Assembly (NCBI RefSeq): GCF_003611605.1
Contig: NZ_RAVX01000011.1
Span: forward strand, 4,811 to 68,810
Direction of reading: 5' to 3'
Source of the DNA: Corallococcus sp. AB011P
Lineage (GTDB): Bacteria; Myxococcota; Myxococcia; Myxococcales; Myxococcaceae
DNA: 64,000 nt
Within the stretch, counting starts at the first letter, position 1. Every line of letters begins with the position of its first letter. This document shows, piece by piece, positions 18,390 through 27,123 of the stretch. The position numbers were made by a program, and so were the translations under genes. Below the pieces are notes generated by a model. The model was not told the DNA's origin and did not search any database. It was given only the letters and a program-made list of their open reading frames with translations.

Positions 18390-18406
18390 TGCATGAGGCC
18401 ACTGCA
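18390..18406. promoter_or_regulatory. Candidate LysR-type binding dyad (TGCA-N9-TGCA) in the 69-bp NmrA/LysR divergent intergenic region
   Basis: tgcatgaggccactgca; GCA-N9-TGC is an interrupted palindrome fitting the T-N11-A class. Confidence 0.35.
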
Positions 18407-18410
18407 TGCT

Positions 18411-19424
18411 ATGCATGGGCCCATGCGCCGCGTTCATGAAACCCCAGCGCCCTCCCCCACGGAGGTGGACCTCTCAGGCATCAACCTCAACCTGATGGTG
18501 GCGCTGGACGCGCTGCTGAAGGAGGCGCACGTCACCCGCGCCGCCGCGCGCGTGGGCCTCACCCAGTCCGCGATGAGCCATGCGCTCGCGCAGCTGCGGG
18601 AGCTGTTGGGCGACGCGCTCCTCATCCGCGGCCGGGGCGGAATGGTGCTGACGCCGCGCGCGCAGCAGCTGGCCGCGCCGCTCAAGCGGGGGCTGGCGGA
18701 GCTGCGGCGGGCCCTGCGCGACGAGCCCCCGTTCGCTCCCGCCACCGCGACCCGCCGCTTCACCGTGGCCACGCGCGACTTCTTCGGGTCGGTGCTGCTG
18801 CCGGGCGCGCTGGAGCTGCTGGGCCGCGAGGCCCCCGGCGTGGACCTGGCTGTGCTGCACGTGGACAGCCACACCTTCCCCAGCCACCTGGAGACGGGCG
18901 AGGTGGACCTGGCCATCATCGTCGCGCCCGTGCCGTCCGGGCCGGGCCTGCGCCAGCAGAAGCTCCTCACCGAGGACTTCGTCTGCGTGGTGCGCAAGGA
19001 CCACCCCACCGTGCGCCGCAAGCTGGACCTGGACACCTACCTGAAGCTGTCCCACATCCTCATCAGCCCGAAAGGCGACGGCGTGGGCGCGGTGGATCTG
19101 GCCCTGGCCCAGCGCGGCCTGCCCCCGCGCCGCATCGCCGTGCGTGTGCCCTACTTCCTCATCGCCCCGCTGGTGGTGTCGCGCTCCGACCACGTCCTCA
19201 CCGCGCCTCGCCGGCTCATCGCCGCGTTCCGCGACGCGTACGCGCTCCAGGTGTTCCCCCCGCCCATCCCCGTGCGCCCCTTCGACATCCTCCAGGTCTG
19301 GCACGAACGCTTCGACGGCGACCCCGCGCACCAGTGGCTGCGCGGACTGGTGGCGCGGGCCGTCAACACAGGGTCTGAAAACACCCGGAGTTCACGAAGG
19401 GTGCGGCGCGAGCCAGCTTCCTGA
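18411..19424 (+). CDS. LysR-family transcriptional regulator
   Basis: N-terminal wHTH INLNLMVALDALLKEAHVTRAAARVGLTQSAMSHALAQLRELLG plus a LysR substrate-binding domain. It is embedded in giant antisense ORF 14592..19424 of the track. Start is ATG 18411 or 18423. Confidence 0.75.
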   Translation: MHGPMRRVHETPAPSPTEVDLSGINLNLMVALDALLKEAHVTRAAARVGLTQSAMSHALAQLRELLGDALLIRGRGGMVLTPRAQQLAAPLKRGLAELRRALRDEPPFAPATATRRFTVATRDFFGSVLLPGALELLGREAPGVDLAVLHVDSHTFPSHLETGEVDLAIIVAPVPSGPGLRQQKLLTEDFVCVVRKDHPTVRRKLDLDTYLKLSHILISPKGDGVGAVDLALAQRGLPPRRIAVRVPYFLIAPLVVSRSDHVLTAPRRLIAAFRDAYALQVFPPPIPVRPFDILQVWHERFDGDPAHQWLRGLVARAVNTGSENTRSSRRVRREPAS

Positions 19425-19503
19425 CACTCGGGGGGCGCGACACTGAACGTCAGTACACAGGTGGGGGAGCATCGCATGGGGGGCTTCGTGTAGGGTGCTC
19501 CCC

Positions 19504-20121
19504 ATGAATCCTGAGAAGCTTGTCTTCGCCCAGACCGTCGACGCGCTCTTCGTCCGCGCGCTGGAGAACCGCCTGACGCCGGCGTGCCGCGAGCACCTGA
19601 AGCGGGCGGGGCTGGACCTCGACAAAAAGCTGGAGCGCACCTATTCGCTGGAGCAGTGGCGGGAGTTCCTGCGCATCGCGGCCGGGCACGTCTATGGCGG
19701 CGTGCCGGCGGAGGCCGCGTACTACTCCCTGGGCGAGCGCTTCATGGACGCCTACTTCGGCACCTTCTTTGGCCGTGCGCTGCTGGGCGTGGGCCGGCTG
19801 GCCGGTCCCCGGCGGATGCTGCTGCGGGCGGACCTGGGCTTTCGCGCCGGCAACAACTTCAGTGAAGTCAAAATCGTGGAGCGCAGCGCGACTTCGCTGG
19901 AGCTATGGATGAACGACGTGCTGGCGGATCAGCCGACGTTCGCGGCGGGGCTCCTGGCGCGCGCGGTGGCGCTGTGCGGGGGCTGGCGGGTGGTGGCGCT
20001 GCCGGAGGAGTTCGACGGCACGGCGGCGACGTTCCACCTGCGCTGGAGCGAGGCCGCCGTGGAAGGGGCGCTCAGCGCCACTGAGGATGGGTCCGGAGGC
20101 GACGCTCGACCTCAGGCGTGA
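19504..20121 (+). CDS. TIGR02265/DUF2378-like Myxococcus paralogous-family protein
   Basis: About 205 aa: MNPEKLVFAQTVDALFVRALENRLTP... The size and N-terminus resemble the M. xanthus TIGR02265 family from memory. Confidence 0.5.
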   Translation: MNPEKLVFAQTVDALFVRALENRLTPACREHLKRAGLDLDKKLERTYSLEQWREFLRIAAGHVYGGVPAEAAYYSLGERFMDAYFGTFFGRALLGVGRLAGPRRMLLRADLGFRAGNNFSEVKIVERSATSLELWMNDVLADQPTFAAGLLARAVALCGGWRVVALPEEFDGTAATFHLRWSEAAVEGALSATEDGSGGDARPQA

Positions 20122-20923
20122 GGGTCCCCCCGTGCGGGGCCCGGGAGGACGAGCGCTCCCAGCGCTCCAGCCACCGGGTTCCCAGCGGGGCCGTCAGCGT
20201 TTCGTAGCGGGTCGAGGCCACGGTGGTCTCCCCCTTGGTGCCGGTGGAAGCGCCGGCGCCCACGTAGAACCCCGCGAGCAGCAGCGTGACGCGGGTGGGC
20301 GTGGCCGCGCTGTAGGTCATCAGCAGGGCGCCCTCTGCGTCTTCCCGGCAGTGCCGGCGCACCCGGGCGAGGACGGCTTCGGTCCACATGTCCGGGTTGG
20401 ACGCGGGTGAGAACGGGTCGAAGAAGACGAGGTCCGCCGGGGGCAGCTTTGCGTCCGGCTCCAGGAAGGGCACGGCGTCCCCCAGCTTGAGGGTCCACTG
20501 GATGCCGGGCTCGCTCCAGGCGCCGTGCTTCATGAGGCGCTCACAGGCTTCGCGGAACGGCTGGAGGAAGGGGAAGCCCTCCGCGTCCGCGAGCGCGAGC
20601 CGCAGGGGGGCCAGGTCCACCTCGAAGCTGACGATGTGCAGGTCGCGGGCGCGGTCCGGGCCCAGCTCCCGGGCGCGGGTGAGCGCGGCGACGGCGTTGG
20701 TGGCGGCGCCCAGGCCCACGTCGTGGATGACGAGCGGCGGGCCGGGCTTGCGCAGGCGGTCCGCGAGTCCGGGCTGGTCGACGTAGAGGCGAAGGGCCTC
20801 CTGCCACGGACCCACCGCGGGGTGCATGACCTCGCCATGGCCCAGGTGGCGCACGGCGCGGTGGCCGTTGCGCAGGGTGACGAGCTCGAAGTCGCCGTCG
20901 CGCGGATGGGAGGGCTCGGACAT
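20072..20923 (-). CDS. MnmC-like class I SAM-dependent methyltransferase (DUF752/Methyltransf_30-like)
   Basis: The internal ATG 20923 with AGGAG upstream gives MSEPSHPRDGDFELVTLRNGHRAVRHLGHGEVMHP... with LVFFDPFSPASNPDMWT. The upstream part of track ORF 20072..22072 is antisense shadow. Confidence 0.6.
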   Translation of the reverse strand: MSEPSHPRDGDFELVTLRNGHRAVRHLGHGEVMHPAVGPWQEALRLYVDQPGLADRLRKPGPPLVIHDVGLGAATNAVAALTRARELGPDRARDLHIVSFEVDLAPLRLALADAEGFPFLQPFREACERLMKHGAWSEPGIQWTLKLGDAVPFLEPDAKLPPADLVFFDPFSPASNPDMWTEAVLARVRRHCREDAEGALLMTYSAATPTRVTLLLAGFYVGAGASTGTKGETTVASTRYETLTAPLGTRWLERWERSSSRAPHGGTLTPEVERRLRTHPQWR

Positions 20924-20971
20924 GGGGCTCCTGGCCTGGAGGGGACGTGTGGGAAAGGATGGGTGCCTAGC

Positions 20972-21958
20972 ATGACGACTCCAGGGCAGGAACATCGGGG
21001 CGCGCTTCACGGGGAGGACGTCCGGCACGGGGAGGCTCCATTCGAGGGCGGCCGGGTGCGGCTGTCGCTGCGGGTGGAGGCGGAAACGCGCACGGTGTTG
21101 GCGGCGGCGTGGGAGGCGTCGGTGGAAGCCTCGGGGCATCCGCTGGCGGCGTGCCTGGAGTCGCTGTGCCAGAACGCGGTGGGCATGGGAGTGGACGTGT
21201 TCCTGCGCTTCGACGACTTCCACCTGCGTTCGGGGTGTCCGGAGGGGTTGGAGGCGACGGAGGAGGCGGGGCTGGCGGTGCGGGTGTTCCGGCTGGCCTT
21301 CAGCCAGTTCCACCCCCGGGCCACGGGGCCCGCGTACCTGTCGAGCGGGCTGGTGCTGGCGAAGCTGCCCCGGGGCGCGCGTCCAGAGTGGGAGGAGCCG
21401 GGGTTCTACTTCGCGCACTACTACCGGGAGGAGCTGTGGCCCGCGGCGGTAGCGGAGGCGCGCCGGGGTGGCGTGCTGGGGCCTCGAGCGGCGTGTGCGT
21501 ACATCGATGCGCTGCTGGCGAAGGCCGATGACACGGTGGAGCTGGACTGGCCCGTGGAGCAGGGCACGGCGACCTGGGACTGGCTGACGCGTGTGTGCCT
21601 GCCGTCGGTGACGGGGGGCGTGGAGCGGACGCGGCAGCTGCTGGAAGGTGGGTACGGGGGCGCGAGCGGTACGGGGAGCTTCCCCTTCGGGCACCTGGAT
21701 GGAGGGCCGTGGCATCCGCCGGAGGGGCTGCCGGAGCCCGAGGACGTGGGGCACGCGGAGTTCATCCTCGGCGATTTGGAGCACCTGCTGCCGGAGCTTC
21801 CGAAGGACGGCGTGCTGCTGGCCGCGCCCCGGTGGATGGCGGTGGGACAGACGCGGGACTCCCCTGCCCTGCGCCGGGCGGACATCTCCAGTGAGGAGGC
21901 CGGGGGCTTCGGCCTGTTCAACGCGGCGGCGCACGACGTGGGTGAAGACGATGATTGA
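20972..21958 (+). CDS. Hypothetical protein
   Basis: ATG 20972 (MTTPGQEHRG...). Strong G+C3 bias. It is divergent from the MnmC-like gene with a 48-bp spacer. Confidence 0.45.
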   Translation: MTTPGQEHRGALHGEDVRHGEAPFEGGRVRLSLRVEAETRTVLAAAWEASVEASGHPLAACLESLCQNAVGMGVDVFLRFDDFHLRSGCPEGLEATEEAGLAVRVFRLAFSQFHPRATGPAYLSSGLVLAKLPRGARPEWEEPGFYFAHYYREELWPAAVAEARRGGVLGPRAACAYIDALLAKADDTVELDWPVEQGTATWDWLTRVCLPSVTGGVERTRQLLEGGYGGASGTGSFPFGHLDGGPWHPPEGLPEPEDVGHAEFILGDLEHLLPELPKDGVLLAAPRWMAVGQTRDSPALRRADISSEEAGGFGLFNAAAHDVGEDDD

Positions 21959-22691
21959 TGGGCGCCTGCTGGGTGGGCTGGTGGCCCTGCTCTGTCTGTC
22001 TTGCGCTTCGGGTCCAAGGCAGTACGCGCAGACGTCCGACTCCGCGACCAGTGGATGTCTGCGCAATCCCACCTGCTACACGCAGCCGGGGGATGAAGCG
22101 TTCCTGCCGTGGGTGGACAAGGCCGCCAGGGCCGCGGCCACGGCAGGCGCCACGATGAAGCTCCTGGAGGCGGCGGACGTCGCCCGCATCGAGCACCTGT
22201 TGGTGGAGTGCGCGAAGGAAGCGGACTTCATCGTCAATGAGCGTGAGTACGGCCAGGGGAGATACCCGGACGACAAGGAGTGCTTGCGAGTGGTCGGCCA
22301 TGACAAGAACGGCGACCCCATCCGACGGCAGGCCGAGCTTGGGACGATGAAGCATGACGTTGCTTTCGCATGCGTGCGGCGTGAAATCCTCCGGCTCTTC
22401 CCTGAAAATGTCTCGATTGAGCCGCGCTATAGCGGCGACGCCAGCGCTGGCGGCCCTACCTTGACGAGAATCTGGACGGGCTCGAACAAGCCCGACATCG
22501 TCCTTCACGCCACAGGACAGGCTCTCCAGATTCAATGCATCTTCGACTTCAAGTTTCCTTGCACCCTCTCAGGCAAAAGCCAGCCGCTCGCCAGTTCTGA
22601 GACCCGGAAGCAAATGGCCCGCTACAAGGATTTGGGCGGAAAATGCAAGCCGGCCATCATCACTCCTCAGTTTGGAGTCTTGCGTGAGTAA
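21951..22691 (+). CDS. Secreted/lipoprotein-like protein with PD-(D/E)xK nuclease-like C-terminal motif; low-GC islet
   Basis: ATG 21951 overlaps the previous stop by 8 nt. Signal peptide MIDGRLLGGLVALLCLSCAS. C-terminal ...KPDIVLHATGQALQIQCIFDFKFPC (PD ... D-x-K spacing). Local GC is about 56%. Confidence 0.5.
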   Translation: MIDGRLLGGLVALLCLSCASGPRQYAQTSDSATSGCLRNPTCYTQPGDEAFLPWVDKAARAAATAGATMKLLEAADVARIEHLLVECAKEADFIVNEREYGQGRYPDDKECLRVVGHDKNGDPIRRQAELGTMKHDVAFACVRREILRLFPENVSIEPRYSGDASAGGPTLTRIWTGSNKPDIVLHATGQALQIQCIFDFKFPCTLSGKSQPLASSETRKQMARYKDLGGKCKPAIITPQFGVLRE

Positions 22692-22743
22692 GTACCCCTC
22701 ATTCCACCACTTCGCCGATTCACTCCCCCGAGTCCAACTGGTC

Positions 22744-23688
22744 ATGCGCATTGCATTCTACTTGCCGCACGACCATGCAGTCGTAGCGCCAATCCTCCAA
22801 CGCGCCCTCGACATCTATCGTGAGTTCATCGAACTCAGTGGCGGGGCCCTGACCGTCGGAGAGGATTCCGACATCATTGAGGATGCCTTCCCGCTTCAAT
22901 CCGAGTTCTGGGAGGAAGTTCAACGCCACCTCACCAGGCCTCGATTTGAATACCTGGACGACATGGACCCGGACTCCTATTGGTTCCGGAGATTGACCAA
23001 GAGGAACTACGACACATGGGTTCTCCTCAAGGGAGGACATTCGGAACCGGATGGCTACGAATTCAGTTTCGAGTCTCGGCTCCCATGGCGAGGACCCTCT
23101 TCCGAGCACAGCGTTCTGAGCGTGCAGGTCCCGATTGGTTTCCTGGAGACTCAAGGTCCCGAGAAGGCCCTTGAACTGGCACGGTCGCTGGCGGAGCTCC
23201 TTCCGTTCTCCACGGGCCATGCCGGGCTGTCGCTCTCATTCCCGCGCGGGAGGTCGAAACTCCTTCCCCTTCTCAAGGAGCAGCTGGCCCGGCATCCCGG
23301 CTGGCACGTTCCGCCTACGCTGGCGTGGGGCTTGGGACCGTGGATCGACGACGTGCACTGGCTGAACTTCCTGGGCCCACCCCTCCTTGAAACCGTTGGC
23401 GGTCTCCAGGCGCTCCGCTCGCACCTGAGCCATCCGGAGACCCGCGTCCAGGAGCTCACCGGAGGCCGTGCGCTGATCAGCCTGGGCCCCGCGCCGCTCG
23501 CGGGGGACACGAAGCTGGGTGAGACACTGCCGGCGTATCGCGAGCTGGCCCGGTTCCTGGAGCCCTGGCTCCTGCCCCTCCCCCACGTCAACACCTGGGA
23601 CGGCTACACCGACGAGGAGGCACGTCTCTGGTGGCGCCGCTTCCTGGAGGCCCCTCCCAAGAAGACATCCGACCCACACGACGGGTAA
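22744..23688 (+). CDS. Putative cognate immunity-like cytoplasmic protein (hypothetical), low-GC islet
   Basis: ATG 22744 (alternative TTG 22672 overlapping the upstream gene). No signal peptide. Low GC. It sits immediately downstream of the secreted nuclease-like gene. Confidence 0.45.
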   Translation: MRIAFYLPHDHAVVAPILQRALDIYREFIELSGGALTVGEDSDIIEDAFPLQSEFWEEVQRHLTRPRFEYLDDMDPDSYWFRRLTKRNYDTWVLLKGGHSEPDGYEFSFESRLPWRGPSSEHSVLSVQVPIGFLETQGPEKALELARSLAELLPFSTGHAGLSLSFPRGRSKLLPLLKEQLARHPGWHVPPTLAWGLGPWIDDVHWLNFLGPPLLETVGGLQALRSHLSHPETRVQELTGGRALISLGPAPLAGDTKLGETLPAYRELARFLEPWLLPLPHVNTWDGYTDEEARLWWRRFLEAPPKKTSDPHDG

Positions 23689-23817
23689 CCGCGCCGGATT
23701 TTTTCACGCATTGCCCCAGCACCCGGCGCACTGATAATCCGCAACCCGGAGTGCTTACGTCGAGCGGCGGGCCGACGGTCGTGTTCGCGCCAGCCCTCGC
23801 GGATCGGGGTTTCATCG

Positions 23818-26800
23818 ATGCGGTCACAACGCGCTGTCTGGAGCAGGCTCCTGTTGTTCGCCGCGAGCCTGGGCCTTCTTTCCTGCGGCGGGAACGAGCG
23901 CCCGGCGGCATCCGAGGGCATCCGCAACACGCCCGCCCGTCTCGCGGCGGCGCCAGCCTGGTACAACACCGCTTCCATGGCGACGGCCCGCGCGCGCCAC
24001 GCGGCCGTCCTGCTCCCCGACGGGAGGCTGCTCGTCGTCAATGGCGTCAACTCCGGCTTCGTGGGCACGGCGGAGACCTACGATCCCGCCACCAACACCT
24101 GGAGCTCCGCGGGCCCCACCAGCCTCACGGGCAACATCACCCTGGCCGTGCTCCTGCCCACGGGCAGGGTGCTGGTGCTGACCGATGGCTCGCAGGGGGG
24201 ACGCCTCTATGATCCCGCCAGCAACACCTGGACCTCCACGGGCAACATGTCCTCGACCCGCTCCTTCCCCACGGCCACGCTGCTGGGCACGGGACAGGTC
24301 CTGATCGCGGGCGGCACCGGCGGTGGCGGCGTCCGGCTCACCACCGCGGAGCTCTACGACCCCGCGACCAACACCTTCACCGCCACGGGCACCATGTCCA
24401 CGGGCCGCAGCCAGCACGTGTCGACACGGCTGCGCGACGGACGCGTGCTCGCGGTGAGCGGCTTCAGCGGCAGCGACGAGGTGCCCGGCGCCGACCTCTA
24501 CGATCCGGCCACCGGCACCTGGTCCGCCGCCGCCCCCCCGCTGGTCGCCCGTCACTACGCCACGAGCACCCTGCTCCCCGACGGCCGCGTGCTCCTCGCG
24601 GGCGGACAGACCGCTGGCGGTGCGACGGCCCAGTCGGAGCTCTATGACCCGGCAGCCAACACCTGGACCGCGACCGGCAGCCTCGCGTTCCCGCGAGCCA
24701 TCCACCGGGCCACGTTGCTGCCGGATGGCCGCGTCCTCGTCACCGGCGGCGCGGTCGACGGGAACCCGGCGCAGACCGAGTCCGAAATCTTTGATCCCGC
24801 CACCGGCACCTGGACCTCCGGCGGCACGCTGAACGTCGCCCGTGCGAACCACACCGCGACGCTGCTGCCTTCGGGCAAGGTGCTCGTCACGGGCGGCGAA
24901 TCCAACAACCCCGCCCAGACCTTCTTCGCGCAGACGGAGGTCTACGACCCCGCCAGGAGCCAGTGGTCTCCCGCTGGCGCCATGGGCACGCCCCGCACCG
25001 ACGCCGCGGTGGCGCTGCTGCCCTCGGGCCAGGTGCTCGTCGCGGGCGGCCGCGGCCAATTCACCTCGTCGGCCGCGGCGGAGCTGTACGACCGCGCGAG
25101 CAACGCGTGGACCGCCCTGCCCGACCTCCTCACGCCGCGCGAGCGCGGCACCGCGACCGTGCTGCGTTCGGGGCAGGTCCTGATCGCGGGCGGCCGCAAC
25201 GTCAACACCTCCACGCCCTCCACGGAGCGCTTCGACCCCACCACCAACACCTGGCTGGCCACCGCGGACCTGCTGAGCCCGCGCCACCTGCACACCGCCA
25301 CGCTCCTGCCGGATGGCCGGGTGCTCGTCGTCGGCGGTCAGCGCAACACCACCGTGCTGGACACCGTGGAGATCTACGCGCCCGACACGAACACGTGGAC
25401 CCCCGCGGCCCCGCTCTCCATGCCGCGCGGCGGACACCGCGCCGTGCTGCTCCAGGACGGCCGGGTGCTCGTCGTGGGCGGACGCACCGCCGGCGGCGCG
25501 GAGCTGGCCTCCGCGGAGCTCTACAACCCCACCAACGACGCCTGGGCCCCGGCGGCGAACCTCGCGGCCGCCCGCGAAGAGCTGACGCTGACGCTCTTGC
25601 CGTCGGGCCAGGTGCTCGCGGCAGGCGGTAAGACGGTCGCCACGGTGCTCACGTCCGCGGAGCTCTACACGCCCGGCACCAACACCTGGGCGTCCGTGGA
25701 CAACGATCTCACGCAGCCGCGCTGGCTCCACTCCGCCACGCTGATGCCTTCCGGCAAGGTGCTGGTCGCGGGCGGAATCACCACGACTGGCGAATACGCC
25801 AAGACGGCGGAGGTCTACGACCCCCTCCTCCGCGCGTGGACCAGCGTCGAGGACCCCGCCGCGGAGGGAGGCCTGTTCAGCGCCTCCCTGCCCTCGGGCG
25901 AGGTCCTGCTGGCGGGGGGGCAGGAGCCCACCAACGCGCAGCTGTATGACGACACCCGGGCCCTCCCCGCCTGGCGGCCGACGGTGACGAACCCGGCGAC
26001 CCTCGTCGCCGCCTGCCCCACCGTCGTGGAGGGCCTGCGCTTCCGGGGCATCTCCGGCGGAAGCAGCGGCAACACCGCGGACTCGCCCACCGACTTCCCC
26101 CTGGTGCGCCTGCGGGCCGCCGAGGGTGGACGCCTCTGGACGCTCCCCAGCAGCAACACCTCGGCCACCCGCGCGACGGTGACCGTGCCCGCCGACGCGC
26201 CGCTGGGGACCTACGCGCTCACGGTCTTCGCCAACGCCATCCCCGGCGGCCGCATGGTGACGGTCGTCCCCAACCAGCCTCCGACGGCGGCGGACCAGAC
26301 GGTCACCGTCCAGAAGGACACGCCGCTGGAGCTCGCCCTGGCCGGCACGGATCCGGACCCCGGCCAGGTGTTGACCTGGACGGTCGTCACCCAGCCGCAG
26401 CACGGCACGCTCGGCACCAGCGCGCAGGGGAACCTCGAGTACACGCCCGAGGCCGGCTTCGTGGGCACGGACAGCTTCACCTACCGGGTCCGTGACTGCG
26501 CCGACGACAGCAACGTCGCGACCGTGACCCTCAACGTGACGGAGGACGTGGTCACCCGCACCCTCACCTGCCCCGCGAACGTCGTCGTGGAGGCGACGGA
26601 TCCGGACGGCGCGCTCGTGACCTACGACCCCGCGGTCCTGGATCCGGCGGGAGGGCTCCCGGTGAGCTACACGCAGCCGTCGGGCGCGCTGTTCCCCATT
26701 GGCACCACGACGGTCACCGCGACCTCCACGGGCCTCACCTGTTCGTTCCAGGTGACGGTGCGGGACACCACGGCGCCCACGCTGACCTGCCCCGAGTCCC

Positions 26801-27120
26801 GGAGCGCGGCCCCTGGCGAGACGGTCACGTTCGAGCCCACGGCCACGGACGCGGTGACGGCCTCGCCGGTGGTGACGTCCTCCCCCGCTTCCGGCAGCCC
26901 CTTCCCGGCAGGCGCCACGACGGTCACCGTCACCGCCACGGATGACGCGGGCAACACCGCGCAGTGCACGTTCCAGGTCCGGGTCCAGGCGCAGGTCGTG
27001 GAGATCGCCGGCGGTGGCTGCAATAGCACCGGTGGCACCACGTCCGCGCTGGCGCTCCTCGCCGCGCTCGCGGCCTGGGGGAACTCGCGCCGCCGTCAGA
27101 ACCCGGCCCGGGGGAACTGA
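23818..27120 (+). CDS. Kelch-repeat (galactose-oxidase-like beta-propeller) lipoprotein with Ig-like/HYR domains and MYXO-CTERM sorting tail
   Basis: Lipobox LGLLSCGG. At least 13 repeats of ...TAELYDPATNTW...LLPDGRVLV(A/V)GG. HYR-like TCPANVVVEATDPDGALVTYDP / TCPESRSAAPGETVTFEP. C-terminal GGGCNSTGG...ALLAALAAW..RRRQ. Confidence 0.8.
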   Translation: MRSQRAVWSRLLLFAASLGLLSCGGNERPAASEGIRNTPARLAAAPAWYNTASMATARARHAAVLLPDGRLLVVNGVNSGFVGTAETYDPATNTWSSAGPTSLTGNITLAVLLPTGRVLVLTDGSQGGRLYDPASNTWTSTGNMSSTRSFPTATLLGTGQVLIAGGTGGGGVRLTTAELYDPATNTFTATGTMSTGRSQHVSTRLRDGRVLAVSGFSGSDEVPGADLYDPATGTWSAAAPPLVARHYATSTLLPDGRVLLAGGQTAGGATAQSELYDPAANTWTATGSLAFPRAIHRATLLPDGRVLVTGGAVDGNPAQTESEIFDPATGTWTSGGTLNVARANHTATLLPSGKVLVTGGESNNPAQTFFAQTEVYDPARSQWSPAGAMGTPRTDAAVALLPSGQVLVAGGRGQFTSSAAAELYDRASNAWTALPDLLTPRERGTATVLRSGQVLIAGGRNVNTSTPSTERFDPTTNTWLATADLLSPRHLHTATLLPDGRVLVVGGQRNTTVLDTVEIYAPDTNTWTPAAPLSMPRGGHRAVLLQDGRVLVVGGRTAGGAELASAELYNPTNDAWAPAANLAAAREELTLTLLPSGQVLAAGGKTVATVLTSAELYTPGTNTWASVDNDLTQPRWLHSATLMPSGKVLVAGGITTTGEYAKTAEVYDPLLRAWTSVEDPAAEGGLFSASLPSGEVLLAGGQEPTNAQLYDDTRALPAWRPTVTNPATLVAACPTVVEGLRFRGISGGSSGNTADSPTDFPLVRLRAAEGGRLWTLPSSNTSATRATVTVPADAPLGTYALTVFANAIPGGRMVTVVPNQPPTAADQTVTVQKDTPLELALAGTDPDPGQVLTWTVVTQPQHGTLGTSAQGNLEYTPEAGFVGTDSFTYRVRDCADDSNVATVTLNVTEDVVTRTLTCPANVVVEATDPDGALVTYDPAVLDPAGGLPVSYTQPSGALFPIGTTTVTATSTGLTCSFQVTVRDTTAPTLTCPESRSAAPGETVTFEPTATDAVTASPVVTSSPASGSPFPAGATTVTVTATDDAGNTAQCTFQVRVQAQVVEIAGGGCNSTGGTTSALALLAALAAWGNSRRRQNPARGN

Positions 27121-27123
27121 GAC

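Noticed and set aside
23685-23708. Possible intrinsic terminator (ccgcgccgg + TTTTTT) after the islet
   Set aside because: The T-run is real, but I could not find a convincing stem. I kept it only as a remark in the islet finding.
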